A model generated the notes under the pieces. It saw only the letters and a program-made list of their open reading frames with translations. It ran no database searches and had not been told where the DNA came from. The translations under genes and the position numbers were made by a program. A stretch of 64,000 nucleotides of DNA from Endomicrobiia bacterium (GTDB taxonomy: Bacteria > Elusimicrobiota > Endomicrobiia > DTEH01), in the NCBI GenBank assembly GCA_039630545.1, contig JBCNUU010000004.1, positions 64,705 to 128,704 on the forward strand, written 5' to 3'. Shown here piece by piece: positions 40,980 through 50,606 of the stretch (position 1 is its first letter; the number at the start of each line of letters is the position of its first letter).

Positions 40980-41506
40980 AAATACCTCTTTTTGCTTTTT
41001 ACAATTTCTTCTATTTCTAAAATTTTTTCATTAATCAAAATTTTTGGATCATCAGGTAAAACATAATACTCAAGTTTTACATTAAGTGCATCTAACTTTT
41101 TAATAATTTCTAAATCTTCTAAACTTAAAAAAAGTGCCTTATATATCTGTACCCTTGACTCTATATGTCTTATGCCACCAACATTAACCGGCGGAGGCAA
41201 AAAATTAAAAATAGTGTTTTTTATTTTTAAAACTAAATCATATAACTCCTTCAATGATGAAATTAATATTATTGTTTTAATTTTTTCAAATTCACCAGCA
41301 ACTATTTTCTCTGAAGTAGACTCTAAAGACAAGCACTCCAGCTTTACAGCTTCGGGTGTTGAAACTAAATATAAACTTCTCTGTAGCGGGTCACAAGAAA
41401 CAACATCAGACGCTACTACTATCTTTTCAATCTTTAATGGCTTAACCCAACCTTCTATCACCTGACCATGCAGAAGTCTATCATCTATTCTTATTATATA
41501 ACCCAT
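40976..41506 (-). CDS. Mannose-family PTS EIIB
   Basis: RIDDRLLHGQV, NVGG. Confidence 0.9.
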   Translation of the reverse strand: MGYIIRIDDRLLHGQVIEGWVKPLKIEKIVVASDVVSCDPLQRSLYLVSTPEAVKLECLSLESTSEKIVAGEFEKIKTIILISSLKELYDLVLKIKNTIFNFLPPPVNVGGIRHIESRVQIYKALFLSLEDLEIIKKLDALNVKLEYYVLPDDPKILINEKILEIEEIVKSKKRYL

Positions 41507-41509
41507 GTT

Positions 41510-41932
41510 TTATATTTTATTTTTAAAGAACTCATTTACATTAGAAATACTCTTTTTAGATTCATCTATAACCCTGTTAATATATTCTTGAATATCGTTA
41601 ATTGAGGAAAATTCCCTTAGATGAACTGCTGAAATTAGCATACATAAATTAATCCCGCTTACTATATATACATTTTCATAGTTTTTGCATAGACGTAATG
41701 ATGCATTACATGGAGTTCCACCTAGCATATCCGTAAACACCACAACATATTCTGTGTTTAATTTTTTAATAAGATCTTCTATACTTTCACATACTGTCTG
41801 AAGAGTCATATTGGAAGAAATAGAAAAGCTCTCAATATTTGCCTTTTCACCAACTATGGAAAACAAAGTATTCTTAAAAGCTTCAGCTAAGTTTCCATGA
41901 GTAATTATTATTATCCCCACATCCATAACCAT
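41510..41932 (-). CDS. Mannose-family PTS EIIA
   Basis: ITHG, TDMLGGTPCN, SGINL. Confidence 0.9.
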   Translation of the reverse strand: MVMDVGIIIITHGNLAEAFKNTLFSIVGEKANIESFSISSNMTLQTVCESIEDLIKKLNTEYVVVFTDMLGGTPCNASLRLCKNYENVYIVSGINLCMLISAVHLREFSSINDIQEYINRVIDESKKSISNVNEFFKNKI

Positions 41933-41934
41933 TT

Positions 41935-42912
41935 CTACCTATTAAGTAAACTAACAATTGTTTTTGCTACTTTGTCAGGATTGTGTCTTACAAATTTTAT
42001 ATTTTTTGATTTTTCAACAAAATTATCTATTATTACACCTTTTTTTACTAATTTTTTAAGCTCTTTGTAATTTTCAATTTTCACAGGAAAAGATTTTGCT
42101 TTTTTATATTTTTTTAGTAATTTAGACGGCAATTTACCAGAGTTTATTATTATATAGTCAAACTTAAATTTATATTCACAATGTTCATAAATTTTCTTAA
42201 TATGTTTTTCTGCTGAATATCCCTCTGTTTCTCCTGGCTGAGTCATGATGTTACAAATATATATTTTTAGAGCTTTAGTGTTGTTTGTTATTTCTTCTAT
42301 GACTTCTTTTATAACTAAATTAGACAAAATTGAAGTAAACAAAGAACCTGGTCCTACAACTATCACATCAGCATTTTTAATCTCATCTGAGACTTCAGAA
42401 TAATGTCTCACTGTAGATGGGTTTAAAAACATTTTTTTAATAGGAGAAGTAGAGTTTGAAATTTTACTTTCTCCAAAAACTATTTCACCATTTTCAAGAA
42501 TAGCTGCTAAGTCTGTAGGTTGAAGAGTGATGGGTAAAACCTTTCCTTTTATGTTCAAAATTTCAGAAATTTTTTTTATAGCTTTGTCAAAACCTTTATA
42601 TATATCAGTTAAAGCAACCACAAGTAAATTACCTAACGAATGGCCTCCAACTTCTGGTGTTTTTTTCGTAACTGGAAATCTATAACTAAAAATTTTATTA
42701 AATATATCTTCCTTATTAGATAAAGCTAAAAGACAATTTCTTATATCTCCCGGAGGTAATACTCCAAATTCTTTTTTTAATCTCCCAGAACTTCCACCAT
42801 CATCCATTACTGTGACAACAGCTGTAATATCCAGTATTTCATATTTTTTCAACCCCCTTAGAATCGTAGATAAACCTGCGCCTCCGCCTATACAAACTAT
42901 TTTTTTTTTCAT
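41935..42912 (-). CDS. yvcK: YvcK/GlmR (CofD-like UDP-GlcNAc-binding) protein
   Basis: IGGGAGLS, DDGGSSG, PPGDIR, GPGSLFTS, MTQPGET. Confidence 0.9.
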   Translation of the reverse strand: MKKKIVCIGGGAGLSTILRGLKKYEILDITAVVTVMDDGGSSGRLKKEFGVLPPGDIRNCLLALSNKEDIFNKIFSYRFPVTKKTPEVGGHSLGNLLVVALTDIYKGFDKAIKKISEILNIKGKVLPITLQPTDLAAILENGEIVFGESKISNSTSPIKKMFLNPSTVRHYSEVSDEIKNADVIVVGPGSLFTSILSNLVIKEVIEEITNNTKALKIYICNIMTQPGETEGYSAEKHIKKIYEHCEYKFKFDYIIINSGKLPSKLLKKYKKAKSFPVKIENYKELKKLVKKGVIIDNFVEKSKNIKFVRHNPDKVAKTIVSLLNR

Positions 42913-43779
42913 CTAAATATCTCTATGAGACAAAGATACTAAATAATCATATTTATATTCTTTCTTTAAAAAATTAAGATAGCTATAAATTTCTTCTGCT
43001 ATTACTACAGACCTATGCTGCCCTCCTGTGCATCCAAATGCCAAAGTAAAGTAGCTTTTACCCTCACTTATCACATAAGGAAGTATAAATTGCAAAAGAT
43101 TTTTTATGTTTTTTAAATACTCTAATGTAATGGTAGAATTTAATATAAAGTGTTTTACTTTTTTATTTCTTCCATTTAACATTTTCAAACCAGAAATATA
43201 ATTAGGATTAGGTAAAAATCTAGTATCAAACACTATGTCAGCATTAAGAGGTAAACCAAATTTATATCCAAAAGATAAAACATTTATCCTCAGTTTTTTT
43301 TTATGTTTTTTTTCTATCAATTCGAAAATTTTCTTTTGAAGTTCAGGAATAGATAATAAAGAAGTATCAATTACCACATCAGAGAGTTTCTTTACTTTAT
43401 TTAATAATTTTTGCTCTCTTTTTATAGAAGTTAATAAATCTCCACCTAAAGGATGTTTTCTACGTGTTTCTGAAAATCTTTTTAATAAAGTTTTTAAATC
43501 TGCTTCAAGAAAAATTTTAAGTATTTCTATATTATAAATTTTTTTGGAAAGTTGATTGTAAACCTCTATAAGGTCATCTACATTTTCTGCAGACCTTATA
43601 TCCATTCCTATACCGAACTTAGTTCTTTTAGGAGTAGTTTTTACTAAAAAAATAAATTTATCTAAGAGTTCTACTGGAAGATTATCTACACAGAAATATC
43701 CAGTATCTTCTAATATATTAAGTACCTGACTTTTACCCGCACCTGATAACCCGGAAATAATTATTAACTTTTTAGTCAT
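42913..43779 (-). CDS. rapZ: RNase adapter RapZ/YvcJ
   Basis: GLSGAGKS, CVDNLP, SFGYKFG, GCTGGQHRSV. Confidence 0.93.
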   Translation of the reverse strand: MTKKLIIISGLSGAGKSQVLNILEDTGYFCVDNLPVELLDKFIFLVKTTPKRTKFGIGMDIRSAENVDDLIEVYNQLSKKIYNIEILKIFLEADLKTLLKRFSETRRKHPLGGDLLTSIKREQKLLNKVKKLSDVVIDTSLLSIPELQKKIFELIEKKHKKKLRINVLSFGYKFGLPLNADIVFDTRFLPNPNYISGLKMLNGRNKKVKHFILNSTITLEYLKNIKNLLQFILPYVISEGKSYFTLAFGCTGGQHRSVVIAEEIYSYLNFLKKEYKYDYLVSLSHRDI

Positions 43780-43782
43780 TAA

Positions 43783-44241
43783 CTAAAAATTATCTTCCTG
43801 TTTTATAATTTTAATAGCTTCTTCTACTGTAGAAACATTTCTTAAAGACTCTCTAAAAAACCTATCTTTAAAAAATCTTGCTACAGCTGAAATAGCCCTT
43901 AAGTAATCACCAGTTGCTTCTAAAGGAGATAAAATCAAAAATACAAAATATACAGGTTCTCCATCTAACGAATTAAAATCAACTCCATCCGGCGCTATAC
44001 CCATAGCTCCTACTAACTTTTCTACACCAGCACATCTACCATGAGGAATAGCTACCCCAGAACCCACCCCTGTAGTGCCCACACTTTCTCTTTCCATAAC
44101 ACTTTTAAATGCTTCTTCTTTATCCTTTACCCTGTTATTTTGTGCAAGGACTTCTATTAGTTCTCTTATTATTGCTTTTTTTTCTTTTGATTTTAATGGT
44201 AATACAATAGATTTTGGATCAAGAAAGCTCATTATTTTCAT
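43783..44241 (-). CDS. ptsN: PTS EIIA, Ntr/fructose family
   Basis: RESVGTTGVG.GVAIPH, FNSLDGEPV; position between hpf and rapZ. Confidence 0.82.
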   Translation of the reverse strand: MKIMSFLDPKSIVLPLKSKEKKAIIRELIEVLAQNNRVKDKEEAFKSVMERESVGTTGVGSGVAIPHGRCAGVEKLVGAMGIAPDGVDFNSLDGEPVYFVFLILSPLEATGDYLRAISAVARFFKDRFFRESLRNVSTVEEAIKIIKQEDNF

Positions 44242-44261
44242 ATATCTACCCCTTTCTTTTT

Positions 44262-44801
44262 TTATTTTTCTACATAAAGATCTACAACTTCTATGTCTTT
44301 CGCAATTTTTTTAACTACTGAAACATTGTTGGTATCAATGTTAAAAAAGAACAAAATATTCTCATTTGTTGAAGCTAATTTTTCTACAGCCTCTTGTTCT
44401 GTCATTTTTTCTAAAAAAATTTTGTTTTTTGTATATTTGGTTTCATCTTTTAGTCCAAAATCTTCTATAGGAGGCAAATTTTCTTTGTTTATTTTTGAAT
44501 GTTTTTTTACAGATACTATTGTCTTTTCTTTATATTTTACTAACAACTCTTTAACTTTATCAATAGCTTCATCTATCGCTGAATGTAAAACTTTATTTTG
44601 TGTTGAAACTTTTATCATTTTTTTATGATATGTATGTATCAAAACTTCTACATTATAAGTATATTTCTCTTTTTTTAAGGTTATTTCTGTTGAAGAAATT
44701 TTTGGTATATATCTTGTAATTTTTTTAAATTTTTTTTCAATATATTCTTTTATCTCTTTATTAACTTCTAAATTTCTGCTAATTATTTTTATATCTTCCA
44801 T
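44262..44801 (-). CDS. hpf: Ribosome hibernation promoting factor (long form)
   Basis: RNLEV...YIEKK, AIDEAIDK, C-terminal MTEQEAV...FFFN; synteny. Confidence 0.82.
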   Translation of the reverse strand: MEDIKIISRNLEVNKEIKEYIEKKFKKITRYIPKISSTEITLKKEKYTYNVEVLIHTYHKKMIKVSTQNKVLHSAIDEAIDKVKELLVKYKEKTIVSVKKHSKINKENLPPIEDFGLKDETKYTKNKIFLEKMTEQEAVEKLASTNENILFFFNIDTNNVSVVKKIAKDIEVVDLYVEK

Positions 44802-44823
44802 AAGTTACTCCTTTCATTATTAA

Positions 44824-45543
44824 TTACATTCTAAATCTTTCTCCCAAATAAACTTTTCTTGCTTCCTCATCATTTATTAATTTATTCGCATCTCCATGAA
44901 TTAAAACTTCACCTTTATAAATAATATAAGCTCTGTCAACTATTTGAAGGGTTTCTCTAACATTATGATCTGTAAGCAGAATCCCTATTCCTGAACTTTT
45001 AAGTTTCAAAATCAAATTCTGAAGTTCTTCAATGGTTTTAGGGTCTATGCCAACAAATGGTTCATCCAAAAGAAGATATTTGGGTTTTAAAGCAATTATC
45101 CTGGCTATCTCGCATCTTCGTTTTTCTCCACCTGATAAAGTATAGGCCTTTTGTTTTCTTAAATGAGATAAATGAAGTTCATTAAGAATATCTTCTAGCA
45201 TTTTTTTTCTTTCATTTTTATTTTTATAATGTATTTCTAAAGCTGCATAAATATTTTCTTCTACTGTGAGTTTCCTAAACACAGATGGTTCCTGAGATAA
45301 ATAACCAATACCATATTTTACTCGCTTATGAACAGGAAGTTTCGACACATCTTTTCCATCAATATATATCTTACCTGAATTGATGTTTATGATACCTAAA
45401 ATGGAATAAAACATAGTAGTTTTTCCTGCTCCATTGGGCCCCAAAAGGCCAACTATCTCAGCAGGATTAACATCTATTGTGACTCCATTTAGAACACACT
45501 TATCACCATATATTTTTTTTACATTTTCTGCTATTATCCCCAT
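44824..45543 (-). CDS. lptB: LPS export ABC ATPase
   Basis: GPNGAGKTTMFY, QEPSVFRKL, LSGGEKRR, TDHNVRETL, YLGE. Confidence 0.94.
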   Translation of the reverse strand: MGIIAENVKKIYGDKCVLNGVTIDVNPAEIVGLLGPNGAGKTTMFYSILGIININSGKIYIDGKDVSKLPVHKRVKYGIGYLSQEPSVFRKLTVEENIYAALEIHYKNKNERKKMLEDILNELHLSHLRKQKAYTLSGGEKRRCEIARIIALKPKYLLLDEPFVGIDPKTIEELQNLILKLKSSGIGILLTDHNVRETLQIVDRAYIIYKGEVLIHGDANKLINDEEARKVYLGERFRM

Positions 45544-45549
45544 ATTTAT

Positions 45550-46233
45550 CTAGAAAATTATTTCAACCTTTCCATTTAATATAATTACTTGTTTATCAAA
45601 ATCTATTGTAGCTAACTTAGCATGACATGTTTTTATTCTAAGTTTTTCGCTTAAAGATTCAAATTTAATTTTTTTGTCTAAATCAGAATTAACTAAAAGA
45701 AATTTATCTTTATATTTATATTCTGCAAAATCACAAAATACAGTAGTATCTTCTGTAAAAACAACCACGTTTTCTTTAAATATCATAGTGCTACTTACAG
45801 TATCCAGGTTTATATAATTACATTTTACCTCTGCCTTTGAAAAACCGTATTCTGCTGTGTCAAAATAACTTGTAGATTTATAAATAGCATATATGTTATT
45901 TTTAAACTCAATCTGTTTGTTTTTCATGTCATAATATAAATAGAGACATTTTATTTCTACATCTAAAGGTCCCAAAGTGGAAGTATATACAAAATATACA
46001 TCTTTTTCACATATTATATTTTCGTTTTCTTTATAATAAGCCTGCTGACATAATATGTAACCATTCATTATCTCAATTTTAACATTTCCATAAAAATTAA
46101 CTGAGTTTGTTTTTCTATCGTATTCTGTAACATCTGATTGTATTCTTCTTATAACCTTTTCACAAAAAATACTTTTATTAAATGCAAACAAAACCAGAAC
46201 AAAAAATATAAACTTATTGCGCATCAATGACAT
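45550..46233 (-). CDS. LptA/OstA-like beta-jellyroll protein
   Basis: Signal peptide, repeated beta segments (F.GNVKI, FKENVVV, LNGKV); lies between lptC and lptB. Confidence 0.7.
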   Translation of the reverse strand: MSLMRNKFIFFVLVLFAFNKSIFCEKVIRRIQSDVTEYDRKTNSVNFYGNVKIEIMNGYILCQQAYYKENENIICEKDVYFVYTSTLGPLDVEIKCLYLYYDMKNKQIEFKNNIYAIYKSTSYFDTAEYGFSKAEVKCNYINLDTVSSTMIFKENVVVFTEDTTVFCDFAEYKYKDKFLLVNSDLDKKIKFESLSEKLRIKTCHAKLATIDFDKQVIILNGKVEIIF

Positions 46234-46753
46234 TTTTGTATATCCTTATAGTTTTAAACCCATCAAAAGTTTCAAAACCAATTCCCTTTATTACAGTTGC
46301 TTCTTTGTGAATTTCTATTTCCTTTTCAGAAAATACTTTGTTTTGAGCGTATATATATTTAATATCATATGTAATTATTTTTTCATTTTCAACTGTATGT
46401 ATGAGGGTTTTACCAAAAAAATCAATGTTTCCTGTATCATTAAAAAATCTGGCCTTTTCAAAAAAAACAGATGCTACAAAACTATCTTTATCGTATAATT
46501 TTACTTTTCCATCTTCCACATCTACAATTTTAGCATCTTCTTTTAAGAAAGCAACTTTAGCATCCATTTCCCATAATTTCTGGCCATCTTTTACTTTCAA
46601 AATATGAAAATCGTTAACAGTAGGCACTACAACATCCGATACTTGATTTTTATTATCTATATTTTTGACTGTATTTGTATTTTTACAGGCAAATATAAAA
46701 AATATACTTAACAGAAAAAAAACTCTTACCATCTTTTGTGTATCCATACCCAT
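46214..46753 (-). CDS. lptC: LPS export protein LptC, probably a lipoprotein (likely start MVRV at 46732)
   Basis: GQKLWEMDAK, IKGIGF, IYKNV; lipobox-like IFAC; synteny. Confidence 0.75.
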   Translation of the reverse strand: MGMDTQKMVRVFFLLSIFFIFACKNTNTVKNIDNKNQVSDVVVPTVNDFHILKVKDGQKLWEMDAKVAFLKEDAKIVDVEDGKVKLYDKDSFVASVFFEKARFFNDTGNIDFFGKTLIHTVENEKIITYDIKYIYAQNKVFSEKEIEIHKEATVIKGIGFETFDGFKTIRIYKNVIDAQ

Positions 46754-47607
46754 TGTTCAGGATATCTAAGAATATATTGAGAAATTGTATCATTTATAAA
46801 TTTTGCAAATTTTACTTTATCATTGTAGCAATCCGTATCTACAGGGATTATCTTTACAGTATATTTTCTGTCTTTTTTCCTGTAAATCAAACCTACCACA
46901 GAAGGTAGTTTATACTTTATTGCCACTTCTACAAAACCTACAGGTGTTTCTGCTTCATGTCCTAAAAATGGAATTTTTATATTATCTATACCTTTTATTT
47001 TCTGATCTACCAAAACTCCTATAAAATACTTGTTTCTTATCGCATAAAGCAGTTCTCTTATTGAATTTTTAGTGTTCCTGTTTACTACTATTTCTCCAAC
47101 ACTGCTTCTTATCTTATCAACAAGCTCTCCTATCAACGGAATATATACCTGTCTTGCTATTACTGCCAAAGGAAACTTTTCTAAAGCTAATGTACAACCT
47201 AAAAGTTCCCAATTGCTAAAATGAGCAGAAAAAATAATTACACTTTTATTACTTTTTAAAAAATCTTTCAAAATTTTCTTGTCTTCAAAAGGAAATTCCA
47301 CAATTTTTTGATAAAAATATCTTACACGTTTTAATAAAAAAAACTCCATTAAGTTTATACCTAAATTTTCATAACACTTCTTAGCAATATTTATAATTTT
47401 TTTCCAAGAAAATTCCGGAAATATAAATTTTATATTTCTAAAAGCCACGGGTTTATATCTAAAATCAAATGTATAAAAAATTTTACTTAAAATCACTCCA
47501 ATAAATAAGTTTAACCTCCATGGCATTTTTTGAAAAATTTTATAAAAAATTACTATAAGGTAAGAAAGCAAAAGATTACGAAGCTTTTTAGACATGACAG
47601 TTAACAA
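46726..47607 (-). CDS. Lipid A late acyltransferase (LpxL/HtrB family)
   Basis: AHFSNWE, LVDQ, PFLG, PEQWVWIHKRW. Confidence 0.88.
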   Translation of the reverse strand: MLTVMSKKLRNLLLSYLIVIFYKIFQKMPWRLNLFIGVILSKIFYTFDFRYKPVAFRNIKFIFPEFSWKKIINIAKKCYENLGINLMEFFLLKRVRYFYQKIVEFPFEDKKILKDFLKSNKSVIIFSAHFSNWELLGCTLALEKFPLAVIARQVYIPLIGELVDKIRSSVGEIVVNRNTKNSIRELLYAIRNKYFIGVLVDQKIKGIDNIKIPFLGHEAETPVGFVEVAIKYKLPSVVGLIYRKKDRKYTVKIIPVDTDCYNDKVKFAKFINDTISQYILRYPEQWVWIHKRW

Positions 47608-48170
47608 TTAAATGTATAAAAGGAAAAAACCTCTTCAAATTTATTTTTAGCTTTAAGGATAAGTTCCGCTACTTCTCTGAACACTCCACAACCTCCATTG
47701 TATCTGCTTATATAGCAACAAACATTTTTTACTTCTACAACAGCATCTTTAGGACAAATACTGACACCTACTCGTTTAAGAACAGGTATGTCTAACCAAT
47801 CATCTCCAATATATGCAACTTCTTTATCCTTAAGTAAAGTCTTTGAGATAATTTCATTATAAACTTCCAATTTATTTTTCACATTTGAATAAAAAAAATC
47901 CAATTTTAGTTCTTTTGCTCTTATTTCTAACTCTTTGCAGTTTCTTCCACTTATCCATCCTAATTTTAAGTTTAGATTTGCCTTTCTTAACATGCTGTAA
48001 GCAAATCTGTCCTTTATGTTCCATATTTTAATTTCTATGTTTTTTTTATCATCTAAAATTATCATTTCTCCTTTAGTCAAAACACCATCTACATCCATAA
48101 GTAGAAGTTTTACATCTTTTAATTTAAGTAAAACTTCTTTTCTTGTTAATTTTCTTGCCATGGTTATCAA
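47601..48170 (-). CDS. kdsC: KDO-8-phosphate phosphatase
   Basis: DVDGVLT, ISGR, YIGDDWLD, GGCGVFRE. Confidence 0.9.
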   Translation of the reverse strand: MITMARKLTRKEVLLKLKDVKLLLMDVDGVLTKGEMIILDDKKNIEIKIWNIKDRFAYSMLRKANLNLKLGWISGRNCKELEIRAKELKLDFFYSNVKNKLEVYNEIISKTLLKDKEVAYIGDDWLDIPVLKRVGVSICPKDAVVEVKNVCCYISRYNGGCGVFREVAELILKAKNKFEEVFSFYTFNC

Positions 48171-49144
48171 ATTCCTTCTTGTAATATATCTCTTTCGTCT
48201 ATTATGCCAATTACTCTGTTTTTTTTATCTACAACAGGTAAATTATCACAGTTAAATTTTCTCATTTTTTCTTTAGCTTCTATTAACAACTCCTCAGGAT
48301 ATGCAACTTTAGGGTTTCTGGTCATTACATCTTTTATTTTACAATTTATTATATCTATATTTTTTTGAAAATATCTTCTTAAGTCACCATCGGTAAAATA
48401 CCCAATAAGCACTCCTTTGTCATCTACCACAGTTGTAGCACCTAACTTTTTTGAGGTCATTACTAATAAAGCATCTTTTACAATTGTATCAGGAGAAACT
48501 TTTGGGATAAGTTTTCCTTTCCTCATAATCTCTTTTACTTTCAAATTAAGAACTTTACCAAGATTTCCAGATGGATGAAACCTTGCAAAATCTTCTTTTT
48601 TAAAACCTTTCATTTTAGCAATTGTTATACCTAAGGCATCTCCCATTGCTAACATTGCTGTAGTAGAAGAAGTCGGTACAATATTATAAGGGCATGCTTC
48701 TTTTTGAACTTTTGTATTAATTACCACATCTGAGTATCTAGCTAGTTTTGATTTTATCTTACCTGTAAAAGAAATTATCTTTATATCAAAATTTTTTATA
48801 ACACTTAAAACTTTTTTAATTTCTTCTGTCTCTCCAGAGTAAGAAAGAACAAGAATAACATCTTCAGGCCTTATTACTCCTAAGTCTCCGTGAAGTAATT
48901 CGACAGGATGTAAAAAAATAGAGGAAATACCTAAAGATGAAAATGTAGAGGCAATTTTTCTTCCTACAAGACCAGATTTTCCAACACCTATTACAATAAG
49001 TTTACCTTTCAAGGATAAAAGTAACTCTACTGCTTTAACAAAATTTTCATCCAAATGGTTGATTTGAAAAAATACTTGCTGGGATTCTGTTTTTAAAACT
49101 TCTTTTGCAGTATTTAATATATAGGTATTTTTAAACTTATTCAT
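48167..49144 (-). CDS. kdsD: Arabinose-5-phosphate isomerase (SIS domain plus CBS pair)
   Basis: GVGKSG, HGDLG, SYSGET, PTSST, FHPSG, TDGDLRR. Confidence 0.93.
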   Translation of the reverse strand: MNKFKNTYILNTAKEVLKTESQQVFFQINHLDENFVKAVELLLSLKGKLIVIGVGKSGLVGRKIASTFSSLGISSIFLHPVELLHGDLGVIRPEDVILVLSYSGETEEIKKVLSVIKNFDIKIISFTGKIKSKLARYSDVVINTKVQKEACPYNIVPTSSTTAMLAMGDALGITIAKMKGFKKEDFARFHPSGNLGKVLNLKVKEIMRKGKLIPKVSPDTIVKDALLVMTSKKLGATTVVDDKGVLIGYFTDGDLRRYFQKNIDIINCKIKDVMTRNPKVAYPEELLIEAKEKMRKFNCDNLPVVDKKNRVIGIIDERDILQEGI

Positions 49145-49379
49145 TTTTTCTTTGTAGCCATGGTGTAATTTCTGGTGGTATTTTACGCATATATGGTTTT
49201 AAAAGATGGTTTAAAAGAAAAAATAAAACAATAATAAAAATATATATTAAAAGTAACACTTTTAAATACCATTTAATATCTGGTTTCCAAATGGGTTCTA
49301 TAACAAAAGGTTTATTACACTTTTTACACAATTTTGTATCTAGTTTGTTTACAAATCCACAATAAGGACATTTTATCAT
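49137..49379 (-). CDS. Small zinc-ribbon membrane protein of unknown function
   Basis: CPYC-x10-CKKC followed by one hydrophobic helix; overlaps the kdsD start. Confidence 0.7.
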   Translation of the reverse strand: MIKCPYCGFVNKLDTKLCKKCNKPFVIEPIWKPDIKWYLKVLLLIYIFIIVLFFLLNHLLKPYMRKIPPEITPWLQRKNE

Positions 49380-49397
49380 AACTTTTATCTCTTTAAT

Positions 49398-50603
49398 TTA
49401 GTCATTATGTATGATTGATTTCACTGCAGAAATAAAGCTACCTTTATAAAGTTGAACTTTAACTTCTTCTTTTTCAATAAGCATCTTTGTGTCTTTCAAT
49501 ATATTACCCTTATACCACACTATAGCATATCCACGGGATAAGATATTTTGTGGTGACAAAAGTAATAGTTTCTCTTTTAATAGTTTAAGTTTACTGTTAT
49601 ATTTTTCTAAGTAATGTTTTATATAAAAAATTAAATCATCTTCATAATCTAAAATTTTTTTAATTTTATCTTCATAGAAAATATGGGGATTTTTTAAAAC
49701 CCTGCTGTTTTCTAAATTTTTTAATTTAGTATAATAAAACCTAAAAATTTGTCTTAAATACTGAAACAATCTTATCTTGAAATTCTCAATTTTATGTGCT
49801 AGTTCTTCTTTGCTTTTTACAACTATTTCTGCTGCGGCAGAAGGAGTAGGTGCCCTTAGGTCAGCAACATAATCTGCAATAGTATAGTCAATTTCATGTC
49901 CAACACAAGAAATTATTGGTATTTTTGAAGCTGCAATAGCTCTTGCTACTATCTCCTCATTAAAAGCCCATAGATCCTCTATTGAACCACCACCTCTTCC
50001 CACAAGTAAAACATCTAAATATGGAAAATTCTCGTTTAAAAACCTTATACCCTCTGCTATTTCATCTTTTGCTGTTTCTCCCTGGACCTTAACAGGATAA
50101 AGAACTATTTCCACATTAGCAAATCTTCTTCTTATTACAGTAAGTATATCTCTTATTGCGGCTCCATCTGGAGAAGTTACAACTCCAATTCTTTGCGGCA
50201 AAAGAGGAATTTGTTTTTTTCTTTTTGAATCAAAAAGACCTTCTTGTTCTAGTTTCTTTTTTAGCTGTTCAAAAGCAAGCTGAAGTTCACCAATTCCTTT
50301 CGGTGTTACATCATACACAATTAAGTCAATTTCTCCTCTTGCAGAGTAATAGTCTATTCTACCATAGCATATGACTTTAAGGCCATTTTCTAACTTAAAT
50401 TTTAGCTTTTCATAAAAATCTTTAAATATAACACACTTTATCTGAGCTTTTTCATCTTTTAAAGAAAAATATATATGACCTGAAGAGTAGGTTTTTAGGT
50501 TAGATATCTCTCCTTCTACATAAACTTCTTGAAAAGCTTCTTCAACTAATGTTTTTAAAATATTGCTAAGTTGACTAACTGTAAGGACTATTTTTTCTTT
50601 CAT
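49398..50603 (-). CDS. xseA: Exodeoxyribonuclease VII large subunit
   Basis: SGHIYFSLKD, RGGGSIEDLWAFN, GHEID, PTPSAAAE. Confidence 0.95.
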   Translation of the reverse strand: MKEKIVLTVSQLSNILKTLVEEAFQEVYVEGEISNLKTYSSGHIYFSLKDEKAQIKCVIFKDFYEKLKFKLENGLKVICYGRIDYYSARGEIDLIVYDVTPKGIGELQLAFEQLKKKLEQEGLFDSKRKKQIPLLPQRIGVVTSPDGAAIRDILTVIRRRFANVEIVLYPVKVQGETAKDEIAEGIRFLNENFPYLDVLLVGRGGGSIEDLWAFNEEIVARAIAASKIPIISCVGHEIDYTIADYVADLRAPTPSAAAEIVVKSKEELAHKIENFKIRLFQYLRQIFRFYYTKLKNLENSRVLKNPHIFYEDKIKKILDYEDDLIFYIKHYLEKYNSKLKLLKEKLLLLSPQNILSRGYAIVWYKGNILKDTKMLIEKEEVKVQLYKGSFISAVKSIIHND

Positions 50604-50606
50604 AAA

